Source of the DNA: Acanthaster planci
Taxonomy: Eukaryota
Assembly: GCF_001949145.1 (NCBI RefSeq)
Contig: NW_019091362.1
Location: forward strand, 2,425,838 to 2,489,837
Length of the DNA stretch: 64,000 nt
Direction of reading: 5' to 3'
The position numbers and the translations under genes were made by a program. Shown piece after piece: positions 26,601 through 39,463 of the stretch (the first letter of the stretch is position 1; every line of letters starts with the position of its first letter). The notes below the pieces were generated by a model that saw only the letters and a program-made list of their open reading frames with translations, had not been told where the DNA came from and did no database searches.

Positions 26601-29600
26601 GCTCCAACAAATTAAACCCCCCCTCCAAAAAAGGGGGAAATATGGATGAATACAGTGTGATCAATCAAGGAACTAGGTGGGATCAACACCACTAGTAAAG
26701 ACAGTTGTCGGACTGCACCAACCACAACCGTCCTGTTGGTGGCAGAGGAGCCTCCAACAACCTTGGACCTCCCAAAGTAAAAAAAAAAAACCAAAATGGA
26801 TGTTACTGGCAATGACGTGATTAACCAATGTCCTTACGTTTGCAACAAATATTGCGAGATGAAGACACAATTTGCAAGATGACATCCAGCGTTTCCAAAG
26901 AATGAACGTTTTTTTCATAGTGCAGGATGAGTGGATGATAACTTTTTCCATTCACCTAAGCATTTCTGATGATAAAATTTATTCAGGCTTTAGTCGTATA
27001 GCATCGACATCTTTTAACACAAACTGATAATTTTCATCCGGTGCAAACTACCAGTGAGCATTAAAACTCATAACTGACTCCATGAAGCCCTAGCCTGGAA
27101 TGATATTCACCAGTATTTTGTTTTGTAGCCTGAAGGGAGAGCTAAAAAACATCAACGGTGCAAAAAGAAAGAAAGGGTCAATCACGGTTAATGGATTCAC
27201 CATAGTCCCCGCAGTCCGGGGAATCGGCCTGCCTTGCAGTGTGTAGCCATGGATCTCTCAAGGTTTGAGCCCCAGGGCAGATATAGTTTAGATTTGTTTG
27301 TTCTTTTTTCAGACCAGTTCAGACAGAAACACTCAAGTTGACGAGAAGGCATCTTCAGTGCTGCATAATTACATGAATTTGTTAAGGGACACAGAGCCAA
27401 GTGAGAGAACCTGAATGAAATACTTCACAGTGACGATACACCGAACCAAGAACTTGAATCTCACTTATAAAGTGAAAGGATACAGTGTGACTTGCGAGGG
27501 AAATAAACATTTGGGGATGCTTACAAAATCCTTATGCTCCAAAAAAGCCAGGGTTCAAGCCCTTAAAAAAGTTATGGCCAAGCATTATTCAAACCTACAT
27601 GTAGCTTTTTGTTAAAAAATACATTTACTCAACTCCCTAAATCCTCCCAAATCCCTCATAGTTACCCGATAACAAAACACATGCAGTTTGTACTTTGACA
27701 AGGAGGGGAGAAACTGGGACGTCATGCCTGACATCAGAGTAACAGTGGGTGGATTGTTTATCCCGAATCTATCATACTACCAGGTGCACTGCTAGGGCTT
27801 TCTTGGTCCATTGCAAAGCAGATTTTTTTTCTCTGTTTAGGTTCGATGACAAACTACGCAAGCACTAGTCAGATGACAGTTGGTTTGTGAATGCTTTTGT
27901 GAGGCATCATCAATTCCGCGCTTTCTACCTGTCCTGAATGTTCATTTATAATCCATGCTGCCATCCCAGAGATCAGCATCTTGATGCAGTTTTCATGATT
28001 TCTAGCCAGTTGCCTTCTGGTACCCTGAACACCCTTGGCAATACTACTGTGTAAAACTTAAAAGCCAGCCATGTCTTGCCCAACGTAAAGTTCGACAAAT
28101 TAAACAAGGTAAATATCGGCCAGACGTTGTGGGGAGCACAAGGCCATTTGGTAAACTTGATGAGCACCTACATGAAATGTCATCTCACCAGGGCTGCTGC
28201 TTAGCAACCAGCATCTGAAGCAAGATTACCCCTTCCCCCACAAAATGCGAGCCAATGTGTATTTATGTACTGAAAGGCTGCAAGTGATAACCACCACTGC
28301 CATGTTCCTTTTATTTGGAAGGGATGGGAATGGAAGGGATTACATTCACAGCACCATAGCTTGTGACGTATTTACTGCAAGCTGCAATACACGGAGTAGT
28401 GTGTGGGGGAGAGTGGGCTGGGGGAGACAGAAGCGGAAACACTGCAGTGGAATGTTACCACGGGTGATTTGCGGCACTCACTCAAGCAGGTCACGCCACT
28501 GGACTCGTTGCCCGGGAATGTCATCAGGGGAAGAATTACTGCTAACAGTACAAAGAATAAGTGCAGCTGGAACTTCTAGGAAAGGCATGCCGACTGATTG
28601 AAATAATCTGTGACCAAGTGTTGACAGGGGGGCGACAGAATATGGCCATGGAGCTCAACGACCCACCCGATAGTATTATCATACGGGTAGAATCACATCG
28701 ACCACCAATATTCAGAACAAGAAATTACTCATAAACTTGATATTCAGGTCACAGACAAATCTTATGAAGATGGGACAAGATGATTCCTTATTTCTCTCAG
28801 TGAACTGTTCAACTCCAAGACAGCTATACAAATTGTCAGCAAGTTCATCTGTAGAATATTCAGAGCTCACAGTCGAGCGAAACCCCGAGAGCTGCTTTCA
28901 GCAAAGTCAGCAGCATGTTTCGATAGAGAAGCAGTATTTCGGATTCACTTATAGAGGTGCAGACATGTGATGATTGAAAAACAAGGTAAATACAGACAAA
29001 TGCAAACCAATCAATTTGAGAATAGTTAAAAAAGAAATGTTCCCTTCAAAATATGGGGCTTCACGAGGAAAAGAAAAGCCTACCTGTTGCTGTGTGCGCT
29101 TCAAATACATTTGTGCATCAGAATATTCGTCTGTCAGAATAATCGCTTTTCACAAAGGTACACACCCAGGACAAATGGCAACAAATCTCTACACTCATAA
29201 GTCCAAAAAAACCCAGAGAATCCCCCACACACAGCAGGAAAAAATAATCCTCCTAAATGGCCCCATTGGACAAATAGAAGAACAGCCCCAGGGGAAAAAT
29301 ACTCAAGGACTCTGGTTTCATCCAGCATTTCAACTGTGGGTGGATGCCCCTCTATGAGTTTCATGAATAGCACTCAAGCCAAGCGTGACTTGTAACAGGT
29401 TTGTCAAGTTGATACACTTACAGAATAATCACTCCACTACACAGTCACCAAATACTTCCAACAGGTGTGTTTGTTGCTTTTGTCTGCAATAATTTTGTGT
29501 GGGTGATATACTAATTGCAAGCAAAGCGACAAACGAATAATGACAGAGTTTCAGGAGCTTGAGCACAAAGTTTCTGGGCATATGGATGCACGTTTTACCC

Positions 29601-30442
29601 CCCCCAAAAAAATCTGCACTTAGATCTGTCTAGGTGACAGTACAATCTCTGGCAAACAGATGGGGTTCCTTTTCATCAGCCCTAAATATATCCTGTTATT
29701 GACGACAACGGGAGACTGGAATGTTCCAGATGGCTGCACAATGCATGTCTAACCAGAATCTGTCTGGTCTTGTTCCAGTTCACTGAGACCAGGAGTGGCA
29801 GCCACAATTATGGCTTTTTCTTTTTGTTTTGGTGTTTTTTTTGTGATGGTGGACCTAACAACAAAAAGTAACGTCAGTGCTTTTCAGTGTGTGAGCAAAA
29901 TACAATGTTGTATCGGAGGCCTAACATGCAAGGACATCACATGACATTTCGAAATGAGACATTGCTGGTTTCTCTGCAGGGTTTCATTGATGAGACCAAA
30001 AAATCTTTCCGATGAATCACTTCAACCATTAAGTGAAACAAGCAATACAAAAATTTGTTGCACCACCTGTCAAACGTGAATATGCACCATCCGGGATTTT
30101 TTAACGTTGTTTGCACAGTGAACAAAAAATAGTAACACATAGAACTGCCCACAGGGCAATTTCAAACAAAAAACACGGAACAATCAACAGCAACATTAAA
30201 AATCTCAGTAAACAATTATAGAAAGAGTTCAGCTATTTTTTTTATTGAACAATAATAAAAAATAAATTGTTGTTTCCTCAAGTTTTTAACTTCAGTTTGT
30301 CGTTTTCACCTTAAGAGTTTCCCAAATATTTTTTCTTTTAAATATTCCTTCAAAATCTCCATCCTACATCATTCTTACTGATATCTACAAGTATATTGTT
30401 TTCAATAAAATTTAATAATGAAATTCTTGTCAAAAGATACAT

Positions 30443-30998
30443 TTAAGGGACCATGTAATAGAAATTTTTATTAAATTTTACTAAAAACCCTTGAAATTAC
30501 CCTTAGGGTTTCAATTAACCTGATTGTAAGTTATTGTTTTACTATTTTAAGCCAGATTTTGGAGCTTTTTTGTTTTAATGCTAATGCACAATTGCATATT
30601 CATGAGCAAAACTATGTCATCCAAGACACTGAACCTCAACGCTGCACTGATTTGTGCATAAAGAATGTCTAGATTTTTTGTAACACTGGTATCATAGATT
30701 TCATTTCCTTTGGCTGTTTATTTTTGTTTAAGTATGAAATGTTTTCACATAGCAAATTTCGAGTTCACAATTTGAACATGAAAACATGTTAACTGAGAAG
30801 TGTCTTCCTGGATTTACATCAAGGCAAAGGCGCCCTCACTTGTCCGCATATGTTGGTCAATTTTGAATGTTTAAAAAGTGCACTGTTCAGTTCTCACAAC
30901 TTAAAAACCAGTCCATACAGTCTTCATACACTGAAGAAGGGTAAAGACATACACACAAAAAAAGATTCTAACAAAAATTCATTGCATGGTTCCTTTAA
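30443..30998. mobile_element. Degenerate non-autonomous DNA transposon (MITE-like) with TTAA flanks and ~30-bp imperfect TIRs
   Basis: Left end TTAA-gggaccatgtaatagaaattttt; the right end's reverse complement is TTAA-aggaaccatgcaatgaattttt. AT-rich, non-coding interior. Confidence 0.55.
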
Positions 30999-32719
30999 AG
31001 TTTGGCACAATCATGCCCATCTTCTCAACTCAAAACAATAACACTAAAAGCTGTCAATTTTTATCACCGGTATCAGTTTTAATGTTATTTTTTAGAGTGT
31101 TATGGTGAAAATAATTGAACTAGCCCCCCCCCAAGCCATTAAGGATCTCCACTCTTCAAATATTAGAGTTTCTCATTCTGATTGAAAGCTATCAACTTGC
31201 CTCACAAAAGTTAATCTGATGAGATGTGCACACCAGAGTCAGCAGGTTGGTCTCCCAATATTACTCTCTTTTATTGTAATGGTTCACATCTAGATGGTAT
31301 GTTTGCAGGTGACACCTTATATCGTACTGTGCTGATGCACAAAAGACTTGACCTTTCCAAAACGCGACAACATGAAATCGAATATGTATGTTCCTAAAGG
31401 GTGACAAGATTAGAAAGACGCAGTCACGCTCTCATAGTGAAAATCACTAATTATGTTTCTTCTGTGAAAGAAACGGAACTGCCACTTACGAGAAAAGGTT
31501 AGATGCATCAAGGGACCTACACATGTATGCTTGAAAAACCATTTCCACAACATCACACTTCCATTTTAAGTCCCTTCTAGGAATAAAATTGTTGCTCCAT
31601 TTTTTTTTTAATCAAATGCAAAACCATTATGGATGGATAACCTTTATCAGGCTATGATGAAATTTTTTTGCAAATGAATTGGAATGGATATAATTATGAC
31701 ACTACCCATGTGTTATTTCTCTCTTTTCTCCGTCACCTGGAAATTAGGCTTCGTCTTTCTCTTTTGGTTATCTTGAAGACTCTTTTTCCTTTATTCTTCC
31801 TGGGAGGGGAAAGGTTTCATTTGAGACACTGACTGAAAAGACATTCAAGGTACATTTTCATTCAACGGATGCTGATGTGAATGCTGGCAATAACCGATAT
31901 GTGACAGAGCAGCGGCGAGACATCAATACCGTAGTTTCAAGTGAGAAGGGTTTGCCGCAATCGCTAGGCCGACCCATGAATATTTCATGAGGGAGGGTAC
32001 CATGAGGCTTAGGCGCCGATGAGAACATGTGAAATTTTTAAGTTCCTGAAATGGCAAGCTGCTCCTTTGGTGTTTCAGAACTTCCACCAAGAAAATGCAG
32101 TACACGGGTCTAAAACATCAATGTAGCATCGGATGGAAAAAAAAGGTTCCTATAAAACAACCCAGTATATCCAAAGTATTCTAGAATTAGCACCGGCTTT
32201 ATGGTTTTACTTTTGGAACCTGAGTAAGAATATTGTCAATTCAGGTGTATACAACTGCCAGGTATGACTACAAAACAAATGAACATTGCAATCAAAGTAC
32301 ATGACTATATCTATGTGTACTCTTATGTGATAATGTACAAACATTACAAAACAGTCTGGACTTGTAAATGAATTTGAAGAAAATGAAATTTGCCAAGTTG
32401 CTTGTCTCTTTGAAACACATCAATGTTACCCCCTCTTCAAAGCTTGCAACCTAATGCCCAAACTCTCAGAACGGTGGATTTTTGGTCCTTAATGCCGTAC
32501 TAGCAGATATCGAAAATCAGCGATCAAAAAATTGTTCGTATCATCAACTCTTTTTAATCTTTTTTTTTATTACTTTTGTTATAACTTTTAAAAACTAGTT
32601 CACTTTTTTTTTTACATACAATATTGTAGACCTATCACTATGAATTTTCAAATTTTGTATTGGAGTCTTATATACTGAAATAAATAACATATAAATCATC
32701 ATAAAGATGAACAAAGAAA

Positions 32720-32750
32720 TTGACTGGAGTGGGATTTGAACCTACAATCT
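32720..32750 (-). mobile_element. tRNA-derived SINE-like fragment (Pol III B-box)
   Basis: The minus strand reads GTAGGTTCAAATCCCACTCCAGTC, resembling the B box GGTTCRANYCC. Confidence 0.35.
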
Positions 32751-33810
32751 TCAAAACATATTTAATATTTAATAAATAAATCAGTGACATCTAAATCTAA
32801 ATAAAAAGCAACATCTCTCGCAACTGAAATAAGCATAAACAGTCCCTAATACCAGACAGAGTCAACAAAACATCCAAAAAGCTCAAGATCGAGAGACAGA
32901 CGATTAAAACGGCCCCGAAAGACTGAAGGACAAGAAATGTTCAGAGAGAAGAGGACAATGACGATGATGGAGATAAACAAAGACAGGTATAAGTGATGAG
33001 CAGACGATGAGTAAATAGGCATCCGTCAGACAGGGACAGCAACGCGCCATAAGACTGATGCAGACAGGAAATTACAAAATGCCAGAGTGGGGACAACGAT
33101 GGATGATACAGAGGGATGCCGACTGAGGAAATGAAAGCAAGGAGGGTGTGCAGACATAGGGAAGACAGCCACAAATGGCAAACTCAGAGACGCTTGAAGA
33201 TTCAGAAATGGGCCACTTTCTTGGAAGTCATCCTTAATGCATGTTACCTATTTATCAACGAAGAATCCTGCGTTTCGTAATGCAACGGGTCACAAAAGTC
33301 TAGCAAATCAGTCCGAAACATTTGAAATTTTGTGAGTAGTAGCTGCTTTTCACTAATTTGCTTCTAAGCTACATGTAATCTTGTTTCCATTGCCTTGAAT
33401 CTGTGTCAGCTTGTGTCCTTGCACATATATGTACTCTTGAAAAATCACTTGTAATATTATCAAGATTTTCCAATAATCCACACTCGAACCCTTGAAATCA
33501 TTTCATCCAACCACTTTTTTAAAGCTTCTACTTGCAACAAAAACCTTTTCATTTAACAAAATAATTTAACAAGCATGTCATTTTTGGCCCTCAGCAGATA
33601 AATATGAACCTTTTCCTTTTTCACAAGAGTATCTTCGCAGACTCTACCTTTTATTTCCTATCATCAACTAGAATGCGACAAGAAGGCATCTCAATAGAGA
33701 AGAACTTTAAAAGACAGGTTTCTTATTTTCAACTCTATTCCCTGTGTCGGGCCCCAGAGCTGTAAGATCACCCGCCCTCGAACACAGGGCAAACAAGTAG
33801 CACGCAACAT

Positions 33811-33830
33811 CTCTCTCTCTCTCTCTCTCT
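33811..33830. repeat. (CT)10 microsatellite
   Basis: Read directly from the sequence. Confidence 0.95.
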
Positions 33831-36800
33831 GACAGACTGCGTCTTCGTCCCTCTCCTGTCCTTGCCCAAATTCCAGCGCGCCGATTTTCTTCGCCGGGCA
33901 AGCCATGGAATTGATTTCCTCTCCGTCCCAGCAAAGCACAGACCGTCAAAATTTCTTCTTTTTTTTTGACTGCGAGACAAAAAAGAAAAAAAATGCGGAG
34001 AGGCAGAGGGGGGGCAAGGCGAGCGAGGAAGGAAAACTTTGGGTCTTGGTTTGGAGGCATGCTGGTTGAAGAAATAAGGCGTAGCTTGCCCTGAGGATTT
34101 TGTTAATGCTGCGGACCGCATTTAATCAGGGGAAAGTGAACTGCAACTCAGACAAGATGAGAGGGAAAGAAGAAAAAGGCATATCCTAGATCAAAAACTG
34201 TCCAGGGGAAAACAGATTCAATAGATGAGAGAACTGATGAGTGAGTCATTTAGAAATAGGTTATTTGTACTCAGGTTTGACATTTTGTGTAAAGGGTTTA
34301 AATATTTCAAACACAGACCCAAACATCAAATTAACGTGGTATCAAACCGACCCAAGGTAGAAATTGAAAGCAAGACAACTGGAAACCAATTAAGTGTTGA
34401 CAATCGTGGAGAAAACATGACAGCCACGGTATTTCAACGATAAAGATAAAGATCTATGCTTCATTTTAATGTGATGTACAATGCAATTATGTTTTACGGC
34501 ATGGGGGTGTCAATATTCACATTGCAGTGCGATGGAATATTTAGAGTGCCTTGTGTACGTGTCAACTACACTCACAGGAGTGCCAATTCATAATTAATAA
34601 CTAATCATATGGAAAACCTGCCCACAGGAAATGGTCCCAAAATGTCTGGTATAAAATGTCAGGTCCTTGTCTGTTATTGATCAGTGGCTGGGACAGAAGT
34701 ATTTTCAGTTAAAGGACATTTCAACCAAATGGCTAAGTTTTGACAAAACCAACAAAAAAAAAAAACAACATATTCGTTTTGAGCTTTCCTGTTTTTCTTT
34801 GGCAAAGCATAATAAAATCTGTACATTCAGCTACCCCTGTTTTGGCCCCTAAAACAAGGTCAAAGCTAGCTACTCATGATACTAAACTGTAATCAAGTAA
34901 ATCGCAAGAGCAAGATTTGAAATTTGGTATGACTGTAATTTATTCTTAACATCCAATGTCTTTTGTACAGGAATATATTCAGCTGTATCAAATCATACCC
35001 TATTTCTGAATTTCAATTAAAAATGACAATCAAATGGGACACTGCCAATGAAAAACATCAAAAATGATTCTTTTTATAAATAACGTTTCCTGACTTATAA
35101 TTTTCTCCAGTTTACGTGGCTGTACTTTGTGCAAGGTAGACAGTTTGTCATTACATAACCAATCCAATCTTTGACAATGGTGCCAGCCCGGGCGAAATTT
35201 TTCCCACTCTTCATCTCCCTGCTACTTGTCTAACGGCATCTAGTCTCATCACGTTTGGCTCAGTGTAGCCAAATCGGTGATCAATACCTCTGCCAGGGGA
35301 TTGTAGGCCAAACCTAAATAGCCATCCATCTTGCAGTTGCACCAATGCTCGATATCTCCGATCATTTTTCCCTTCCGAACATGAGGCCACTCTCCTCCAT
35401 TCTCCCAATGTCCCCCCTCCCTCCACCCTGCCTGCTGCCACCCATTCAAAGCCCTCACGGCTGCAATCCTTTACCTATTCTGGTAATGATAGCACAGCCC
35501 TGCAAATCACATCTTTTTCAACTCGCAGGTGCATTCGACTTCATTTCCCACAGAGTGGCAAAGTAATTGCATCTTCGATTCTGTTCTGGGACAGAATTCA
35601 ACACCCATGTAAATGACTACAGAAGACTACAGAATTGACTTATTTTTAGAGTTACATGTATCCCTTGATATATGCAGTGCTTGCCGAATATTACATAAAT
35701 TTCTAACAGGTCAGAAAATTGGATGTGGTGTTGTCACAAAATGCTATTAAAAGCTGTTCATAAGAAATTTAGATCAATACAATAGCTTGCCGACCTTTTC
35801 ATGAATTGCAAATCAACAAAAATTACTGAATCCTCTGAAAACTTTACATGTAATTCTGAGATCAGATATTACTTGAATTTTGATACGATGTACTCCATTG
35901 CTAGTTTGGGCAATCCTTTAGGTACCACCCGTAATTACCCAAAATGTGCGGTTTGACGACACAGCATGATTGATGAATAAACAAAGCACAGAAGGCCACC
36001 GAACTCTACTGTAAATCTGTCTTTCTCTTTTACCTTGCAGGTGGAAAAAAAAAGGGATCAAGGCACCAGTAGAGACAACCATTTGGAAAAAAAGTATTTT
36101 TGTACTGTCTGGCCCAAACTCATAAAAATATTGCTGGCGTCCACTTAATGATTTCAACTTGTCCATCCTATTGACAGCAGTATGTCACTTTATGTGCTGT
36201 GTTTTGCCAGAGCCCATCCATAAAAATTCAACCAGACAAAAATCTGGCATTCAACGAGACGATCTGAGAGCTGTTCAGATCGTCTGCATCCAAAAATTCA
36301 CATTTACCCAATTCGCGTGTTGACATTGTCTGGGTGGTTAACCTGATTTTAGAGATTTTTTTTTCTTCTCTTCCCCTCCCTCTAGGCTAGACTGAACGAG
36401 AGTCCCCATGGAAACACACAGATCACATTCCCAGCTAAAATTTACATGATCAGTGTGGGGACAAAGCGACCTCCGATTGGTTTGTGAGTCTGTTGGGATT
36501 GCAACTGCTTTGATTGCTTATGAACTTCCCCCCCCAAAAAAGCAACACAAAACTAACCAACAGATGAACAGGAAGCTAGTCTCCACGCTGATCCAATATT
36601 AGTGTTTTAAGCTATACAACTGTGATGCCATCTGGACAATCTCATAGCATGTGAACTGCACGCAGAGAACAACAAAATCCACTTAATACTGAAAAGAAGC
36701 AGTACTGTATTACTAGCACGGAAATCCACAGGAAAGTTTTGGCCAAAGAAATATAGTGACAGAGTGCAAAACAGCCAACTTTCATAGATTTGTGCATCTC

Positions 36801-39115
36801 TTTATTATCTCCCAACCCCCTAGGGTGCATGTAAAATCATATGAAATCCGAGAATTTAGGACTATTAGGGTAAAGAACACAAGAGAAAAATGCTCATCTT
36901 CACTTGACAACCAGATCCAAAGTCAAACACTCCGGAGACACCTGATCCAGAAATTATTTGCTTGGACAAGACAAATCAATCTCTACATAAAAGGCACGAC
37001 GTCATATTCTTTAGACTGCAAAGTTCCTTCAGTTATTCATCTGGATAAGACGAGACATCTTGATATGCCACACAGGACTGGGAAACACTCAAAGGTTGCT
37101 CTCCACTGCCCGCCAGTACTCTCCCTAAGATGATGCCACTGAGATGGGATAATCAGTGCTCATTTACAATGACCAAACAGGAGCATAATGGCCCAAAGTG
37201 TGAGAGCAGGCAGAAATTCTGGAAATTGAGGAGTTTCTCACTCGTTCAGTTTTCACGAGTATAAAAAACTAATTAAGTGGAAAGGTCTGTCAGAGTCATT
37301 CATATGTAGGACAAATAACCAAGGGTGAGTGTTTCCCAAGAAGATCCCCACACACAGAGAACAAATATCAGGTTCAGAAGGGCCGAGCAAGCACCATGTA
37401 CTGACTGACTTCATCATCTGAGTGCATGATATCAACATGAGAGAATGGCGAGTCGCCATGCGATGGTTATAAATATACCTGCTGCAATTTCCATCTTGCA
37501 AGCGGTCACGGAGGGCAAGACAGAATTCATTACAACCAGAAAAATTCTGTCATTCTGCAGTACTGATCAGATCGACACTTGATTATTTGAAGGTGAATTG
37601 AAGAACACACTGATTTAATTAGTGGATCAGTGGGGCGATTAAAACTTCTGGGGTATGGGGAAGGACTGGCAGCGAACAGGCAGACAGATGAGACAAAACA
37701 AGGCAGACCTTAAAACAAAAAAAGACATAAACAGACAGACTCATTCAACTTTTGGCCTAAATACAGGACAGTCTTCAGAATGTGGTCATTGTTGTGCTAT
37801 TAACTAAGTTCAAAAGTTGCATTAAATAATTTATTGTTCATTTTAACAGTTACATTGCATCTATTTTCTATGAGGAGGAACTATCACAAAAATGCCTTTA
37901 CAAAGGCAATATCCCTCTGCATCCAGAGGTTAGTTAAATTCTGCTGTTACAATGCTGTTCTGAGATTATCAAAAGCATTTCAGTAGTGACTCTATCGGTT
38001 ACTGAATCATATCTAGAGTTGACCACACTGTGCTCTTTTTCAAGATTCAGAGGTTTTTTATGTATGTGAAACTATGGACCCTCCATTTTACAATTACTGA
38101 TTAACTTTGACAGTTTATGTGCATTTAATTTACTGACCCAGTTAATTTTTGTTGGCTCAAGAGTAAAGAAGGGTTTGCCATAGAAAGCAACATTATTTTC
38201 CCATCCCCTCTTTCTCTTGGACAAACATCTGGCTGATTGTCCACACTATAATGAAGTGACACAAATGTCACACTGACCACTCTCCACTGAAAAGCAATCG
38301 TGACCTTTCTAAATGATCCCTGAAAAGGTGGATGCACTAAGAACTATAAGTGCCCGGCCAACGGGCTGGACTAATTCCTGCCATGCGAAAAATTTGCAAC
38401 CGATATCATTAGCCCCAACAGCTGGGAAGACAAGTGCAGTTAATCAGTACAAACTCTGGATACACTTGAGCACACCAATGCCCGCAAATTCAACAAGACA
38501 CCAGCAATGTTTAGCTTGTTAGTGTTTTGATATGGCAGGATCACGTTTCTGCAAATAAATAAAAGTCTGGACCATTGATCTTACCCATAAAACAATGCAA
38601 CAAAAATCATAGGTTGGTTGAAATAAATCACATTTGGTGAGTCTCACCATAGTCTGCCCTTCTTTAGTTGAGCTACATGGATCAATTTCCTTATATGCCT
38701 AGTTTACAATTACATATATGCCTGAAAACCACTGCAATCTCGTAAAACTTACCTCTTAAATTCCAATTTAGAAAATGGAAAAACAACCTTTATGGATATT
38801 TAAAGGAAAAAATCATCCTTTTGAACAGTGAAAGTTCACACGGGCTGTGAAAATGTGCACTTAGTTTAGCCTGGGGATATTTAGGGAAAATCTTTTGCGC
38901 AAGGCTTGAGTTATGTTCTATGGTTACAAATTTCATTGTAAAAGAAGTGGAACACATATCCTGTCCCATGTTCATTTTCTGCCTGATATTATTAAGACTG
39001 GTCAAATGGCAAGTCTTGATTTCACAGTCAAACTACACTGAGTGGCATTAGATTTCACTACTTAAATAAAAAACAAAGAATGCAGATCTTTGCAATTTGA
39101 TTGAGAAATGCGTAC

Positions 39116-39184
39116 CTCAAATGGGAATGGGCAGGACCTGTACTTTTGGCGTCGCTCCCAGCGATTGATGGTTGCGCAAGCCAT
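39116..39184 (-). CDS. Candidate alternative first coding exon (MACATINRWERRQKYRSCPFPFE)
   Basis: Kozak context tccaccATGG, in-frame stop upstream, donor GAG|gtacgc in phase 0, CpG-enriched leader and a TATA box upstream. Confidence 0.55.
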
Positions 39185-39453
39185 GGTGGATGCTCTCCAA
39201 GTATCGTCTCAAGATGTGTTGTGCTCGAGACTGTCGACAGACTGAGCCAAGGAACAGTGATGAGGATGGGTAGCCCGTACAATGCGTGCATGTAGCAACC
39301 GTAGACTGAGGTGACTTTCCTCGGAGTTTGCGAGTCTAGTGTCAAGCCAAAGCTCTTACATTAAGCTGGCCCATGCGTGAATTGAAAACATAATGCGAGA
39401 TCCGAGGACACCACTGAACAAGCTGCTGATGATGTAACACTGACGTGCCTATG

Positions 39454-39463
39454 TTTATATATA
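39454..39463 (-). promoter_or_regulatory. TATA-box-like element (TATATATAAA) upstream of the 39184 candidate first exon
   Basis: The minus strand reads ggcTATATATAAAcatagg, in a CpG-enriched segment ~270 nt upstream of the ATG. Confidence 0.4.

Noticed and set aside
26838..26951. ORF MEKVIIHSS...AIFVAN ending at AAC|gtaagg
   Set aside because: It is in phase 0, but the donor is weak and there is no supporting promoter context. It is consistent with chance, so it is not called as a feature.
36257..36285. 11-bp inverted repeat agacgatctga/tcagatcgtct as a miRNA or other ncRNA
   Set aside because: The stem is too short for a pre-miRNA and matches no RNA family I recognise.
38747..38760. Consensus donor GAG|gtaagt as a coding first exon
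   Set aside because: There is an in-frame TAA immediately upstream in phase 0, so it could only be non-coding.
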